A stretch of DNA of 64,000 nucleotides, from assembly GCA_963711265.1 (NCBI GenBank), contig CAVQDL010000016.1, positions 13,235 to 77,234 of the forward strand, given 5' to 3'. Shown here one piece after another: positions 10,087-20,130 of this stretch (positions within the stretch are counted from its first letter, which is position 1; each line of letters opens with the position of its first letter). The notes beneath the pieces were generated by a model. The model searched no databases and had not been told where the DNA came from. It saw only the letters and a list, made by a program, of their open reading frames with translations. The position numbers and the translations under genes were made by a program. Origin of the DNA: an uncultured delta proteobacterium (lineage in GTDB: Bacteria > Myxococcota > Myxococcia > Myxococcales > Myxococcaceae).

Positions 10087-10137
10087 GGGTTCAAGTCCCC
10101 TACTCCTTTCTTGTCACTCAGTGGTGGGTTTTGACGA
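10087..10137 (+). repeat. right direct repeat (attR-like): a partial tRNA-Asp 3' end fused to the 30-nt block
   Basis: The sequence gggttcaagtcccctactcct + ttcttgtcactcagtggtgggttttgacga duplicates 593-613 and 645-674. Confidence 0.6.
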
Positions 10138-10186
10138 GGTTCAAAGACACCCGACTCGGGCGGGACGTGGCCATCAAGCCGGCAGT

Positions 10187-11353
10187 CTAGGCCCCCCACA
10201 CCTCGCGCAGAAGGCGCAAGAAGTTTCCCCCGAGCACCTTGGCGATTTGCAGATTGGAGTACCGGCGCGCGCTCAGGAGCTCCGCCAGACGCTCGAAGCG
10301 GTTTGCCACGTTGAGGTCCGGGATGAAGGTGTACACATTCGCATCCTCGCCGGGCGCCGCGATGCCCAGCTTCTTGCGCTCATTCACCTCATCGGCAAAC
10401 CTCTTCTGGAACTCCGGCGTCACCGCCACGGGCGAAATGGTGCCGTCCGTCCCGACGCCTACGTGGTCTTCCCCACAGACATCTAAGGCGTGCTGGATGT
10501 GGCGGAGGACGTCCTCGGCCATTGGCTGCCCTTGGGTGCGCAGGTATGGCATGAGGTAGATGCCAACGTAGCCGCCACGTTCTCGAAGCTTGCGCAACTC
10601 GGCGTCCGTCTTGTTGCGAGGGTGTGGCGCAACGGCGGCACAGCCGGTATGCGAGATGGCCACCGGCTGCCTCGAAGCGTCGATGGCCTCCAGGGTCGTG
10701 CGCTCGCCAGCATGGGACAGGTCCACCAGCGCCCGCTGGGCATTCAGCCGGGCGATAAGCTTCCGCCCAAACTCGGAGAGGCCCGCGTTACCCGGCTCCA
10801 TGCAGCCGTCGCCCACGAGGTTCCGGCGGTTATACGTGAGCTGAAAAATCCGAACGCCCAGGTTCCAGAAGGTCTCCACGCGCTCTAGGTCCTCGCCCAA
10901 CGGCGTCGTGTCCTGAAAGCCGTAAATGAGTCCCAGCCTGCCGCCGCCTTTAGCGTTGGCGACGTCGGCCGCCGTCCGGACTTCCAGAAGCACGTCGGGG
11001 CGCGCCGCGACCTGCGCCCTCCAGTAGGCTAAGTTGCGGATGGTTCTATCGTAGTCGCGCGCGTAGCTGCCCACGCCGCTGACGGTGAGATTCACGGCCG
11101 TCAGGCCGGAGGCGCGGACGTCTGCGAGAGCGGCTGCGCTGAGGGGCGCGAAGTCGTCGCTGCCATAGACACCGGGGCCACCGAGCGAATCGATGACCAC
11201 CGCGTCGCGGTAGCCGGGCCAGCCACCCGCCTTGGCAGGCGCGGCACGCACGACACGGCGCAGGGAGGCCGTCGACGTGACAAACAGCGACAGAAAGGTG
11301 CGGCGCGGAAAGAGATGCGGCATGGGCCTTGTGGCGCTCGGGCATGTTCTCAT
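10187..11353 (-). CDS. membrane dipeptidase (peptidase family M19) with a Tat-type signal
   Basis: LTYNRRNLVGDGC...VDLSHAGERTTLEAIDASRQPVAISHTGCAAVAPHPRNKTDAELR matches the M19 core. The N-terminus MRTCPSATRPMPHLFPRRTFLSLF carries an RR motif. The start is either 11353 or 11323. Confidence 0.85.
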   Translation of the reverse strand: MRTCPSATRPMPHLFPRRTFLSLFVTSTASLRRVVRAAPAKAGGWPGYRDAVVIDSLGGPGVYGSDDFAPLSAAALADVRASGLTAVNLTVSGVGSYARDYDRTIRNLAYWRAQVAARPDVLLEVRTAADVANAKGGGRLGLIYGFQDTTPLGEDLERVETFWNLGVRIFQLTYNRRNLVGDGCMEPGNAGLSEFGRKLIARLNAQRALVDLSHAGERTTLEAIDASRQPVAISHTGCAAVAPHPRNKTDAELRKLRERGGYVGIYLMPYLRTQGQPMAEDVLRHIQHALDVCGEDHVGVGTDGTISPVAVTPEFQKRFADEVNERKKLGIAAPGEDANVYTFIPDLNVANRFERLAELLSARRYSNLQIAKVLGGNFLRLLREVWGA

Positions 11354-11475
11354 GTGTGCCAGGAGACTGGGGGCGGCATCTTGAGCCAAACCGCGGTACG
11401 ACAGCCCTCGGGCGCTTTGCCTTGCGGTCGCCAGGTTCTTGGCTGACCCTTGTCCGCCCTGACGGAGGGCTTTCG

Positions 11476-13323
11476 ATGCGAAACAAGTCAGTGCAGGCTT
11501 GGGCCTGTCTCGTCCTCGCGACCGTTTCGGGGTGGACGTGGGCGAAGCCTGAGGAGGTAGGACCGGGCTACGACATTTCCATGAGCCGGATGGTGCCCAT
11601 GCGGGATGGCGTCGAGCTCGAGGCATGGATTACCAAACCCTCCCACCTCCAAGGGAAGGCGCCTGCCGTCCTCACCCTCACGCAGTACGACATCGACGAC
11701 GAGCGCCGGGGCGGCCCCCGGGGGGAAGCCCCGGGCTTCGCCAAGCGGGGCTACGTCTTCGTCCAGGTGCTGGTGCGTGGGCGCGGGCGGTCGGGTGGCG
11801 TTAAGAGCGACAACATCGGGCTGCAGGTGGGGCGCGACGGGTACGACGTGGTCGAGTGGATTGCTGCCCAGCCGTGGAGCGACGGCCACGTCTTCGCCTT
11901 TGGCGGCTCCTACGTGGGCATGACGCAGTGGCGCATCGCCGCGCAGCACCCCCCGCATCTCACTGCCATCGCCCCCTACGTGCCAATTTATCCGGGCTGG
12001 GACATCCCCAACACCAACGGCATTCCCCAAGCGTGGACAACCGTCATTCTGGGACTCGTCTCCGGACGCCAGCTCAACAATGGCTTCGGCGCAAACCCCT
12101 CGTATTGGATGGGGAAGATGCTCGAGCACTATGCCGCTCAGCGGCCCTTCTCCGAATTGGACGAGGCCATGGGCATCGCCGCCGACGACTGGTGGATGCA
12201 GGACGCGCGCGGAACGAGGCAATCCTTCTTCAAGATGTGGCTCGACCACGTGGGCGACGAGGCTTTCAACCTCGCGGCAGAACCCAAAGCTCAGGACTAC
12301 GCCCGGATGGACTTCCCCATCCTGACCGTGACGGGCTTCTTTGACGATGACCAACCGGGCACGCTTCGCTACTACCGCGCCTACGTGGCCCACGCCCCGG
12401 CCGCAGCGGTGCGACGCCACTTCTTCGTCATCGGCCCGTGGAACCACGGAGGCACCCAGAAGCCGAGCAAGGAAACCGACGGACTCGCCGTGGCCGACGC
12501 CGCCGTCTTGGACATGACGAAACTGCACGCGGACTTCTACGACTGGGTGCTGGGGCGCGGGCCGCAGCCCGGCCTTCTCCGCAACCGCGTTTCGTATTTC
12601 ATGATGGGCGCAGACGAGTGGCGCTATGCGGTCAGCCTCGAGGCCGCATCCTCTGGCAAGGAGGAAACCTTCTTCTTGTCGGCCCCAGAAGGCACGCCCG
12701 ATGACGTCTTCCATTCGGGGCGGCTGCTAGCGAAGGCGCCATCAGCCGAGCCTCCGGCGATGCTTCTTAGCGACCCGCGGGAGCTGCCGGAATTGGAGGT
12801 GGCCAACTACGCCCGTGCCGAGGACCTCACGAGCCAGTTCCGCGCATTCCAGAAGCGCGCCCTCAACTTCCATTCCGGACCCTTTGAGAGGGACACGGAG
12901 GTGGCAGGCCACATTCACCTCACCCTCATCGTCCAGGCCGACGCCCCCGACTTCGACCTCTGGGCGCAGCTCTTGGTGGTGTTCCCTGACGGCTCGGCGG
13001 TGCACCTGGGCGAGGACATACGTCGCGCGCGTTTCCGCCACAGCCCGTTCCAGCAGGAGCTTCTCAAGCCCGAGGAGGTGGTCGAGATTCCGTTCGAGTT
13101 TCTCTGGACGGCGCGGCGGATTCCGGCCGGAGCGCGGCTCCGGCTCACCGTGGCACCCCTCAATTCGCCCAGCTACCAAAAGAATTACAACAGCGGCGGG
13201 CGCGTGGGGTACGAGTCCCTAAAGGACGCGCGGACGGCCCACATTCGCCTGTTTCACGATGGCGCCCATGCGAGCCGGCTGGTGCTGCCCTTGGCTGCCC
13301 CATCGGTTGTCTCCGTCCCTTAG
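11476..13323 (+). CDS. CocE/NonD family alpha/beta hydrolase (S15 Xaa-Pro dipeptidyl-peptidase-like), secreted
   Basis: GGSYVGMTQW is the GxSYxG nucleophile motif. The signal peptide is MRNKSVQAWACLVLATVSGWTWA, with RBS ggaggg upstream of ATG 11476. Confidence 0.85.
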   Translation: MRNKSVQAWACLVLATVSGWTWAKPEEVGPGYDISMSRMVPMRDGVELEAWITKPSHLQGKAPAVLTLTQYDIDDERRGGPRGEAPGFAKRGYVFVQVLVRGRGRSGGVKSDNIGLQVGRDGYDVVEWIAAQPWSDGHVFAFGGSYVGMTQWRIAAQHPPHLTAIAPYVPIYPGWDIPNTNGIPQAWTTVILGLVSGRQLNNGFGANPSYWMGKMLEHYAAQRPFSELDEAMGIAADDWWMQDARGTRQSFFKMWLDHVGDEAFNLAAEPKAQDYARMDFPILTVTGFFDDDQPGTLRYYRAYVAHAPAAAVRRHFFVIGPWNHGGTQKPSKETDGLAVADAAVLDMTKLHADFYDWVLGRGPQPGLLRNRVSYFMMGADEWRYAVSLEAASSGKEETFFLSAPEGTPDDVFHSGRLLAKAPSAEPPAMLLSDPRELPELEVANYARAEDLTSQFRAFQKRALNFHSGPFERDTEVAGHIHLTLIVQADAPDFDLWAQLLVVFPDGSAVHLGEDIRRARFRHSPFQQELLKPEEVVEIPFEFLWTARRIPAGARLRLTVAPLNSPSYQKNYNSGGRVGYESLKDARTAHIRLFHDGAHASRLVLPLAAPSVVSVP

Positions 13324-13872
13324 CGAGCGCATTCCTCCTCCCGGAACGCCCTTCGCTTGCATCCGGAGCGTTGGGCATCGGCAGTCGGGCGGTGGGTGGA
13401 GCAGGCGCGGGCTGACCAAGGCAAGAGCACGCGTCCCCTGACGAGAAGGAAGACCCTTGGTAACCCAGTGAACCCCGTGAGTATAGGCGGTGAGCCGTGC
13501 GGGCCAACCAGTCGAAGCGCAGTTGCAGGCTGTGGTCGCTGTACTTCACCTTTTCGCCCGCGCTCCGGACTGTTGACGCGCTGCCAGATGATGCCAACTT
13601 CGGTGGCTTGGCTTGAGTCCGGCCGCGTCGATTCGCTGCAGCGCCTCACACCAGCGGGGGAGGGCATCCCCGCCAACCCGCTTCGCTCGGCGTCATGTAA
13701 AGTAGCCACTTCGGCACTCGATTGGGGCAGCGCATGCATCTCCAACAAGGTTGCGTTCCACCCCCGTAAGGCAAATGGTGCTGCTGCAGACATGGAAGCG
13801 ACTTCGGCGCCCTGCGTCGCTCAGGAGACCGGGAAGGCAAACGCGCCCGGGTGGGAGAGGAGGCTTGTGTAA

Positions 13873-14674
13873 ATGAAAGTCCAAGCACTGGAAGCGGCTG
13901 TCGAGCCTCTCGTGTTGCGTCGGGACGAAGAAGGGGTGGTGACGCTCACCCTCAACCGGCCCAAGCAATTCAACGCCATCAACGACAAGATGCTGGCCGA
14001 GATGCAATCAGCTCTGGACGCCTTGGCCGCGGATTCGTCGGTCCGCGTCGTCGTCATCGCCGGGGCCGGCCGCGCCTTTTGCCCCGGTCACGACTTGAAG
14101 GAGATGCTCGCCAATTCGAATGAAGCCTACGTCGGCGCCCTCTTCCAGAGGTGCTCCGATGTGATGCTGTCGATTCGGAGGCTCCCACAGCCTGTCATCG
14201 CCAAGGTCCACGGCATTGCCACCGCGGCTGGCTGTCAGCTTGTGGCAGCCTGCGACCTGGCGGTTGCCTCGGACGATGCGAGGTTCGCCACTTCCGGCAT
14301 CAATTTTGGGCTTTTCTGCGCCACGCCTGGCGTCCCTGTGTCTCGCAACGTTTCACAGAAACGTGCGTTTGAAATGCTGATGACGGGCGCCTTCATCGAC
14401 GCTCCGACAGCGCTGGCTTGGGGACTTTTGAACCGCGTGGTGCCGCCGGCTGCAGCTCGACGCGGCGGTGGCGGCGCTCGCCTCGGAGCTGAAGAAGAAG
14501 CCGCGCGCCGTGGTGGCTACCGGCAAGCGATTTTTCTACCGTCAGCTGGAGGAGAAACTGGCGGACGCCTACTCCGACGCGAGTAAAGTCATTACCGGCA
14601 ACATGCTGTCCGAAGATGGCCAGGAAGGTGTCGGCGCCTTCGTCGAGAAGCGCGCGCCGCATTGGCGAGATTGA
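13873..14674 (+). CDS. enoyl-CoA hydratase/isomerase (crotonase) with an apparent 1-nt frameshift near 14440-14470
   Basis: The N-terminal part (13873-14586) has VRVVVIAGAGRAFCPGHDL. The C-terminus (AVAALASELKKKPRAVVATGKRFFYRQ...EGVGAFVEKRAPHW) continues in a second frame (ORF 14468-14674). RBS gaggagg precedes ATG 13873. Confidence 0.6.
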
Positions 14675-15160
14675 AATTCCCTCGCTCGTAGGCCGATCGT
14701 TCCATTCGCGCCTGCCACCAGAGCGGGGCGCGCCGAAGGGACGCCGCCCGCGCCGTCTCGGGGGTTCGAGGTCGATGTCAACTACGTCGGCAGACGAACC
14801 TCCGTCTCTTCCTTCTCCAGGACTTCTCCAAGACGGGGGGGGATTGAGCGGAACTCCAGAGGATTCATGCGGACTCGGACCCGGGCTCAAGCGCCTCGAA
14901 AAGACAGCTCTTTCGACGAAAAGCCCCGTGCCAGCGCTGGAGCGAGAAGGGCACCTGCCGCACCGTTATTCGCCACGAGGTCACGGAACGAGGAGCGGGC
15001 CGGATGGTCGCTGCAAAACCCCATCGGTAGCACCGTCGACGTTGAGAACGCGACGTAGAGCAAACCCCGTCGAGTCGGCGCGCATGTCGGCGTCCAGGAA
15101 GCTCGCCGCGTTCAATCCCGCCGCCCGCGAACCAGGACCGGGGCCAGCCCCCGCGGCTCG

Positions 15161-17608
15161 TCATTCCTGCTTGTCGGTGTCGGAGCGGGAGGACGGGTCC
15201 GAACCTCCGGGCCCACGGAGTAGGGCCGGAATGGACGGAGGGACCGAGACCAGGTGCACCTCGTTCTGGGGGAAGCAGATGCCGGCCTCACCCAGCACGC
15301 GGTCGATGGCGGTCCGCACCTCGCTCGCCACCCGGTCACGGATGTCGTCCGGCGTCCATACCTGAAGCTGGAACTTCAGCGCGCTCTCCCCGAAGCCTAC
15401 GAAGAGCGCGAGCGGCTCGGGAGTCTTCAGCACTTCGGGATGTGCCCCGGCGACCTGCAGCAGCAGTTCCCGGACGCGCTCGGGCGACGTCGCCTCGGCA
15501 ACGGCGACGTCGATGTCGGTCCTGCGCCGGCGGTCGGAGAGCGTCCAGTTGGTCAGTTCGTTGGAGATGAGGTGCGCGTTGGGGACGACCACTTCGGAGC
15601 CCTCGTCGGTGGCCACGGTGCTCGAGCGGATCCCGATCCGCCGCACGGTTCCAGTAACCTTCCCCACCTCGATGACGTCCCCCACCTGAACCGGGCGCTC
15701 ATAGAGGAGGATTAGTCCGGAGACGAAGTTGTTCACCACGTCCTGCAGACCGAAGCCAATGCCCACCCCGAGGGTGCCGACCAGGACTGTGAGCCGGGTC
15801 AGCTCCGTCCCCGAGACGAGCACGGCGAGCACCGTGCCCACGGCGACCACGGCGTAGGTCGCGGTCCGCGAGATGGCGGTGTGCACTCCACGGCCAAGGT
15901 CACGGGTCTTCAGTCCCTCGCTGAGGACAAACCCCACCAGCCGCCCGAGCAGCACCGCAATCCACAGAGTGATGGCGAACGCCAACACGTCGCCGAGCGA
16001 CAAGTCGAGCGAGCCCACCCGCGCCCGCCATGAGACGACCTGCTGAACCATGTCCGAGATCGGCCCATCGATTCGGAAGAGCCGGGCGGTCGCGAAAACC
16101 CAGAGCAGGCCGACGGCCCAGCGCAGGTAGCGCGTCCCGCGCTCCTGGAACAGCTCGGTGTTGCCGGCAACCAGAGGCCTGCGGCTCACTCTGGGGTTGC
16201 GGAGCACGACGACCAAGAGGCCCTCGAGGATCTGAAGGACTCCGGAGAGCAGGAGCAGCAGCGCGCCGCTGTACATCGTCCCGCTGGCCAACAGCCGCGC
16301 GAGCGCCACATTGCCGACGAGGTTGGCCACCACCGAGGCGAGGAGAAGTCCGATGCCCGCGATCAGCGCGGCCCGGAAGAGCGGACGCCAGCGCTCCGAC
16401 GGAATCTCTGCCTCCAAGCGGCGCCGGCGAAGAACGTCCAGGAGCACCGCCGTCGCCGCGAGGCTGACGGCGAGCATGATGAGCCGCCGCAGCAGCGACA
16501 GGTCGGGGGCGAGGGTGGAGACGATGTGGATGGCGACGATGACCCCCAAGGCGAACACCGAGCGTCGGGCCCGTGCCGGGATGACGCTCTGTCCCGCGGC
16601 GAGGAAGGCCGCCAGCATCCCGAGGAGGAAGACCTGGGAGACGACCACCGGGCGTCGCTGCAGCCAGACCATGGCAATGGTGAGGGTCAGGAGCGAGGCC
16701 GCGGCGATGGGATGCCGAAGCACGTCGACCGCGGTCGCGATGCTGGCGTCGCTGGCCATCTCCGCTTCGAACTGCGCGCGTCCCCGCCAGAGAGCGAAGG
16801 TGAGGGCCGTCAGGAAGCCGAGGAGCAGCAGGATTCGCCCGCTGTGGCTCCGAACGAAGTCCTTCAGAGCGGTGGCGTGGGTGCGGAGCGTCCGGATGAT
16901 TTGCTGCCGGACCTTCTCCACCTGCGTCGGGCGTGAAAGCAGCTTCCAGAGCGGGACGCTCTCCACCTCGAAGAGCTGCTCGGCCTGGAGCGCCTCCGCC
17001 TGCGCCACGCGGCCCAGCGCGTCGCCGATGCGCATCCGGACCGTGGCCACCTGGCTCTGCGTGGCCAGCAGCTGACCGAGCTGTGTCCGCGCCTGTGCGG
17101 CCTTCGCGGCGATGGAGGCGCTCAGCGCGGCGATGCGCTCCATGACTGGAGGGGGGGCCCCGTCTTGCCGGGCCTGGGCCTCGGTGAGCGACCAGACCTC
17201 GTCCATGCGTTGTAGCTCTTGGCTGTTCTCGTAGACGGCGCGCACGGCCGACTCGAGCCCCTCGTCCCAGGCGGAGAGGGTATCGTCCGCCAGCTGGAGC
17301 GCCGGGCGGACATCGGCCAGGTCCTGCTTCGGGGGCAGTGGGCCCGTTCCCGCCAGTGGATCGGTTCTCGAAACCAGCGAGGGGAGCCCCTCCTGCACCT
17401 CCTCGAGCAGCTGGCGGTCCGCGAGGGGCTTCGCCATCGAATTGAGGGCGCGGTGGGCCTTCTCGGCGGAGCGGAGGACCTCGGGGAGCGAGATCGCCGA
17501 GGGCCCTGCATCGCGCGACTCGGACACCGGGGCAGGTTCGGGCGCCGGCGATGGAGCCTCTGGCCCGAGCGGCCATTGGAGAAGGGCGGTGAGGAGCAGG
17601 AGCCGCAT
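15161..17608 (-). CDS. MscS-family mechanosensitive channel, large MscK/KefA-like form with a periplasmic coiled-coil domain
   Basis: It has a signal peptide, a long coiled-coil N-domain and about 10 TM segments. The MscS core is GFGLQDVVNNFVSGLILLYERPVQVGDVIEVGKVTGTVRRIGIRSS. Confidence 0.85.
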   Translation of the reverse strand: MRLLLLTALLQWPLGPEAPSPAPEPAPVSESRDAGPSAISLPEVLRSAEKAHRALNSMAKPLADRQLLEEVQEGLPSLVSRTDPLAGTGPLPPKQDLADVRPALQLADDTLSAWDEGLESAVRAVYENSQELQRMDEVWSLTEAQARQDGAPPPVMERIAALSASIAAKAAQARTQLGQLLATQSQVATVRMRIGDALGRVAQAEALQAEQLFEVESVPLWKLLSRPTQVEKVRQQIIRTLRTHATALKDFVRSHSGRILLLLGFLTALTFALWRGRAQFEAEMASDASIATAVDVLRHPIAAASLLTLTIAMVWLQRRPVVVSQVFLLGMLAAFLAAGQSVIPARARRSVFALGVIVAIHIVSTLAPDLSLLRRLIMLAVSLAATAVLLDVLRRRRLEAEIPSERWRPLFRAALIAGIGLLLASVVANLVGNVALARLLASGTMYSGALLLLLSGVLQILEGLLVVVLRNPRVSRRPLVAGNTELFQERGTRYLRWAVGLLWVFATARLFRIDGPISDMVQQVVSWRARVGSLDLSLGDVLAFAITLWIAVLLGRLVGFVLSEGLKTRDLGRGVHTAISRTATYAVVAVGTVLAVLVSGTELTRLTVLVGTLGVGIGFGLQDVVNNFVSGLILLYERPVQVGDVIEVGKVTGTVRRIGIRSSTVATDEGSEVVVPNAHLISNELTNWTLSDRRRRTDIDVAVAEATSPERVRELLLQVAGAHPEVLKTPEPLALFVGFGESALKFQLQVWTPDDIRDRVASEVRTAIDRVLGEAGICFPQNEVHLVSVPPSIPALLRGPGGSDPSSRSDTDKQE

Positions 17609-17714
17609 CGGGGCCGAGCCTAGCGCCGGCCGTGGGGGGCGCTAGCTGATTGAGAGGTCAGTCCCGGCGATCCGCAATTGACCAGCCCCGCACCCTTTCC
17701 CTGTGTCGCGCTCG

Positions 17715-19217
17715 TCATCGGTCCGGGGGTGTCCCGCCGTCGGAGGGCAGGGCCTTCTCCCGGGCGGTGCGCTGGACCTCCCGCGCGGCGACCAGCAGGC
17801 GGTAGGCGACGTAATACTTGTAGATGTTCCGGACATAGGTGGTCGTCTCGATCCCAATCTTCTCCGCGACCACGACCTCGACGTTGTTGAACCACCGGTC
17901 GGGGTCAAGCCCCCGGCGTTGCGCCTCGCGCCGCAGCCGGGCGATGGCTCCGGGCCCGGCGTTGTAGCTGGCGAAGGCAAAGAGCGGCCGGTTCACTGCA
18001 TCGAACGAGGCCTTCGGGAAGTTCCGGGTCATCAGCTGGCTCATGTACTTGGTCCCTGCGTGGATGTTCGGCTCGAGCTGGGTGATGTCGCCGACCTTGA
18101 GATCCGCGGCGGTGGATGGCAGGACCTGCATCACGCCGATCGCGCCGGCGGGACTTCGAACCTCCTGACGGAGCTTGGATTCCTGGAACCCCTGGGCAGT
18201 GAGCAGCAAGGGATCGAAGCCGTACCTCTCGCCGTACTTGTCGAAGAGCCCGATGGTCTGGTCGAACCGTCGCACATCCTCGGAGCGGGCGTTGTTGGTG
18301 ATCTGTTTGATCCGCCGCTCGAAGGTCGCGATCCGGGAGTCCAACCCGCCCCAGTTGCGGGAAGTGGCGGTGAAGAAGCCGGCCAGCTCCGCCGCGAGCT
18401 GGGGACTGCCCTTGCGGATCGCCCATCCGATCTGCCCCTCGTCACGCAGCGAGAGGTCGGTGCGGACCTGTATCTTGGGCAGCACTTGGCTCCAGATCCG
18501 CGCCAACCAGTCGTCCACCACGGTCAGTTCGAGAATGCCGGCGTTCAGCATCTCCAGAACGTCCTCGTCCTCGAGCGCCTCCGGCAGGGGCATGACCTGG
18601 ACCGGTGCTCGACCGCCAGCCTTGAGCCGACCGTTGAGAGCTTCGAGGCTCTCGGCGTAGGTGCTCGAGGCGCGCACGTGCACGGTGTGGCCCGACAGGT
18701 CGTCGAGCCGCTCCAGCGCGGGCGCAGACGGTCCGGCCACCACGACCTCGTTCACAGTCGAGAGTCCAGTCAGGGCCACGAAGTCCACGCGCTCGCGACG
18801 AGCATCGGTGATCGTCAGGTTGCCGGCCGCGATGTCACCGAGGCCCTCCTCGATCCCAGCGAGCAGCTTGTCCCGGGTGGTCGCAACGAGGACGACGGTG
18901 ACCGGGCGCTTCCCGAGACGCGCGCCGTACTTGGTGTTCAGGAACCGCTCGAACTCGCGCACCAAATCGGCGGTGATGCCACGTTCGTGCCCCCGATCGC
19001 TGAAGAACAGCGTCCTGCTGTAGGGGACGAGCACCCGGATGACCCGTCTCTCGAGCATTGCGTCCAGGTCGCCCTTCCACGCAGTGTTGGAGAGCGGGAA
19101 CTGGTGGGGCGCCTCACGTTCCTCCTGGCCCGCCGCAACTGCCGAAATCACGAGCGCCGACAGAGCCGCCCACGTCCGGACACGGAGTGCGGAGAGGCGA
19201 AGACCCGGAGTGTTCAC
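17715..19217 (-). CDS. mltF: membrane-bound lytic murein transglycosylase F
   Basis: There is an N-terminal PBP3-like solute-binding fold plus a C-terminal SLT domain (GAIGVMQVLPSTA, YNAGPG). Confidence 0.85.
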   Translation of the reverse strand: MNTPGLRLSALRVRTWAALSALVISAVAAGQEEREAPHQFPLSNTAWKGDLDAMLERRVIRVLVPYSRTLFFSDRGHERGITADLVREFERFLNTKYGARLGKRPVTVVLVATTRDKLLAGIEEGLGDIAAGNLTITDARRERVDFVALTGLSTVNEVVVAGPSAPALERLDDLSGHTVHVRASSTYAESLEALNGRLKAGGRAPVQVMPLPEALEDEDVLEMLNAGILELTVVDDWLARIWSQVLPKIQVRTDLSLRDEGQIGWAIRKGSPQLAAELAGFFTATSRNWGGLDSRIATFERRIKQITNNARSEDVRRFDQTIGLFDKYGERYGFDPLLLTAQGFQESKLRQEVRSPAGAIGVMQVLPSTAADLKVGDITQLEPNIHAGTKYMSQLMTRNFPKASFDAVNRPLFAFASYNAGPGAIARLRREAQRRGLDPDRWFNNVEVVVAEKIGIETTTYVRNIYKYYVAYRLLVAAREVQRTAREKALPSDGGTPPDR

Positions 19218-19317
19218 GCTCGGAGCCTAGCGAACTCCTCCACCGCGGTTCAAAGAGGAGCCGCCACCGCCACGGACGCGGTGCTAGTGTCCCTGGCCTG
19301 CAAGTCAGGAGGACACC

Positions 19318-19494
19318 ATGGCGAAGACGGGTGCCAAGGACAACCGCCGGGACGGTGCCGTGCGGAAGCGCTCCCAGGTGAAGAACCGGCGGACCGGCCT
19401 GTGGATCAAGCGAAGCACCAAGACCGGGCGCTTCCTCGACGTGAAGACGAGCGGCGGGAAGTTCAAGGGCGTGCGGCGCGAGAAGAAGCGGTGA
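19318..19494 (+). CDS. small, highly basic hypothetical protein (58 aa)
   Basis: A strong SD (aggagga) sits 6 nt before the ATG. The product is MAKTGAKDNRRDGAVRKRSQVKNRRTGLWIKRSTKTGRFLDVKTSGGKFKGVRREKKR. It is below the ORF-track length cutoff. Confidence 0.5.
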   Translation: MAKTGAKDNRRDGAVRKRSQVKNRRTGLWIKRSTKTGRFLDVKTSGGKFKGVRREKKR

Positions 19495-20130
19495 TGGCGC
19501 CGCCCGCGTGCTCTCTCTCTCGGAGACCGACTACGCGGGGCCCATCTCGCGCTCCACTCACCCCTGAGTAACCGGTTGAGCGCTCCCCCCGGGGAGTGCG
19601 TGCCTAGCGATGCCGAGCCGTGCCTTGACCGTCCCTGGCACTGCTGTCCGAAGCCGCTGCGTGCATGGGACCGTGCCGAAGCAGGGCAGGGGGAGGTGGG
19701 GGGAGGGCACGGTGGCCAGTGTCGCGGCCGATGAGTTGTTGGACTGCTTTCCGTGCTTCGGGCAACGGCCCGAGGGTTGTTGGCGATGGTCGGTCCCCTT
19801 TCGACGCAAGGACCGTCATAGCGATGACGCGGCCGCCGGCAGCTTCACGAAGCTGGCCTGACGCGTCGTCTGCGCCTGGCCGAACCGCACAGGTACCTTA
19901 AACTTGGGCGCATCGAACGTGTGCGGGGTGAACTGTTGGACGGGCTTACTGAGCCTCGGCACCGAGGCGATTCCAAACCCGCGGCGGGGCTCCGCCCATC
20001 GTCGTCGGAGCCGTACTCACAGTGCGCTTGGCGGCGGGCGAAGTCCTGCGCGTTGAGCCGACGGTAAATCGACCGTGTGGGGCACCCATTGTGCTATCCG
20101 GCACCTCCCCGACGCACTAGGAGGCCGGTC

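Noticed and set aside
15900-17576. 558-aa ORF in an alternative minus frame
   Set aside because: It overlaps the MscS-family channel gene. It is Arg/Pro/Gly-rich junk, whereas the 815-aa frame carries the conserved MscS core.
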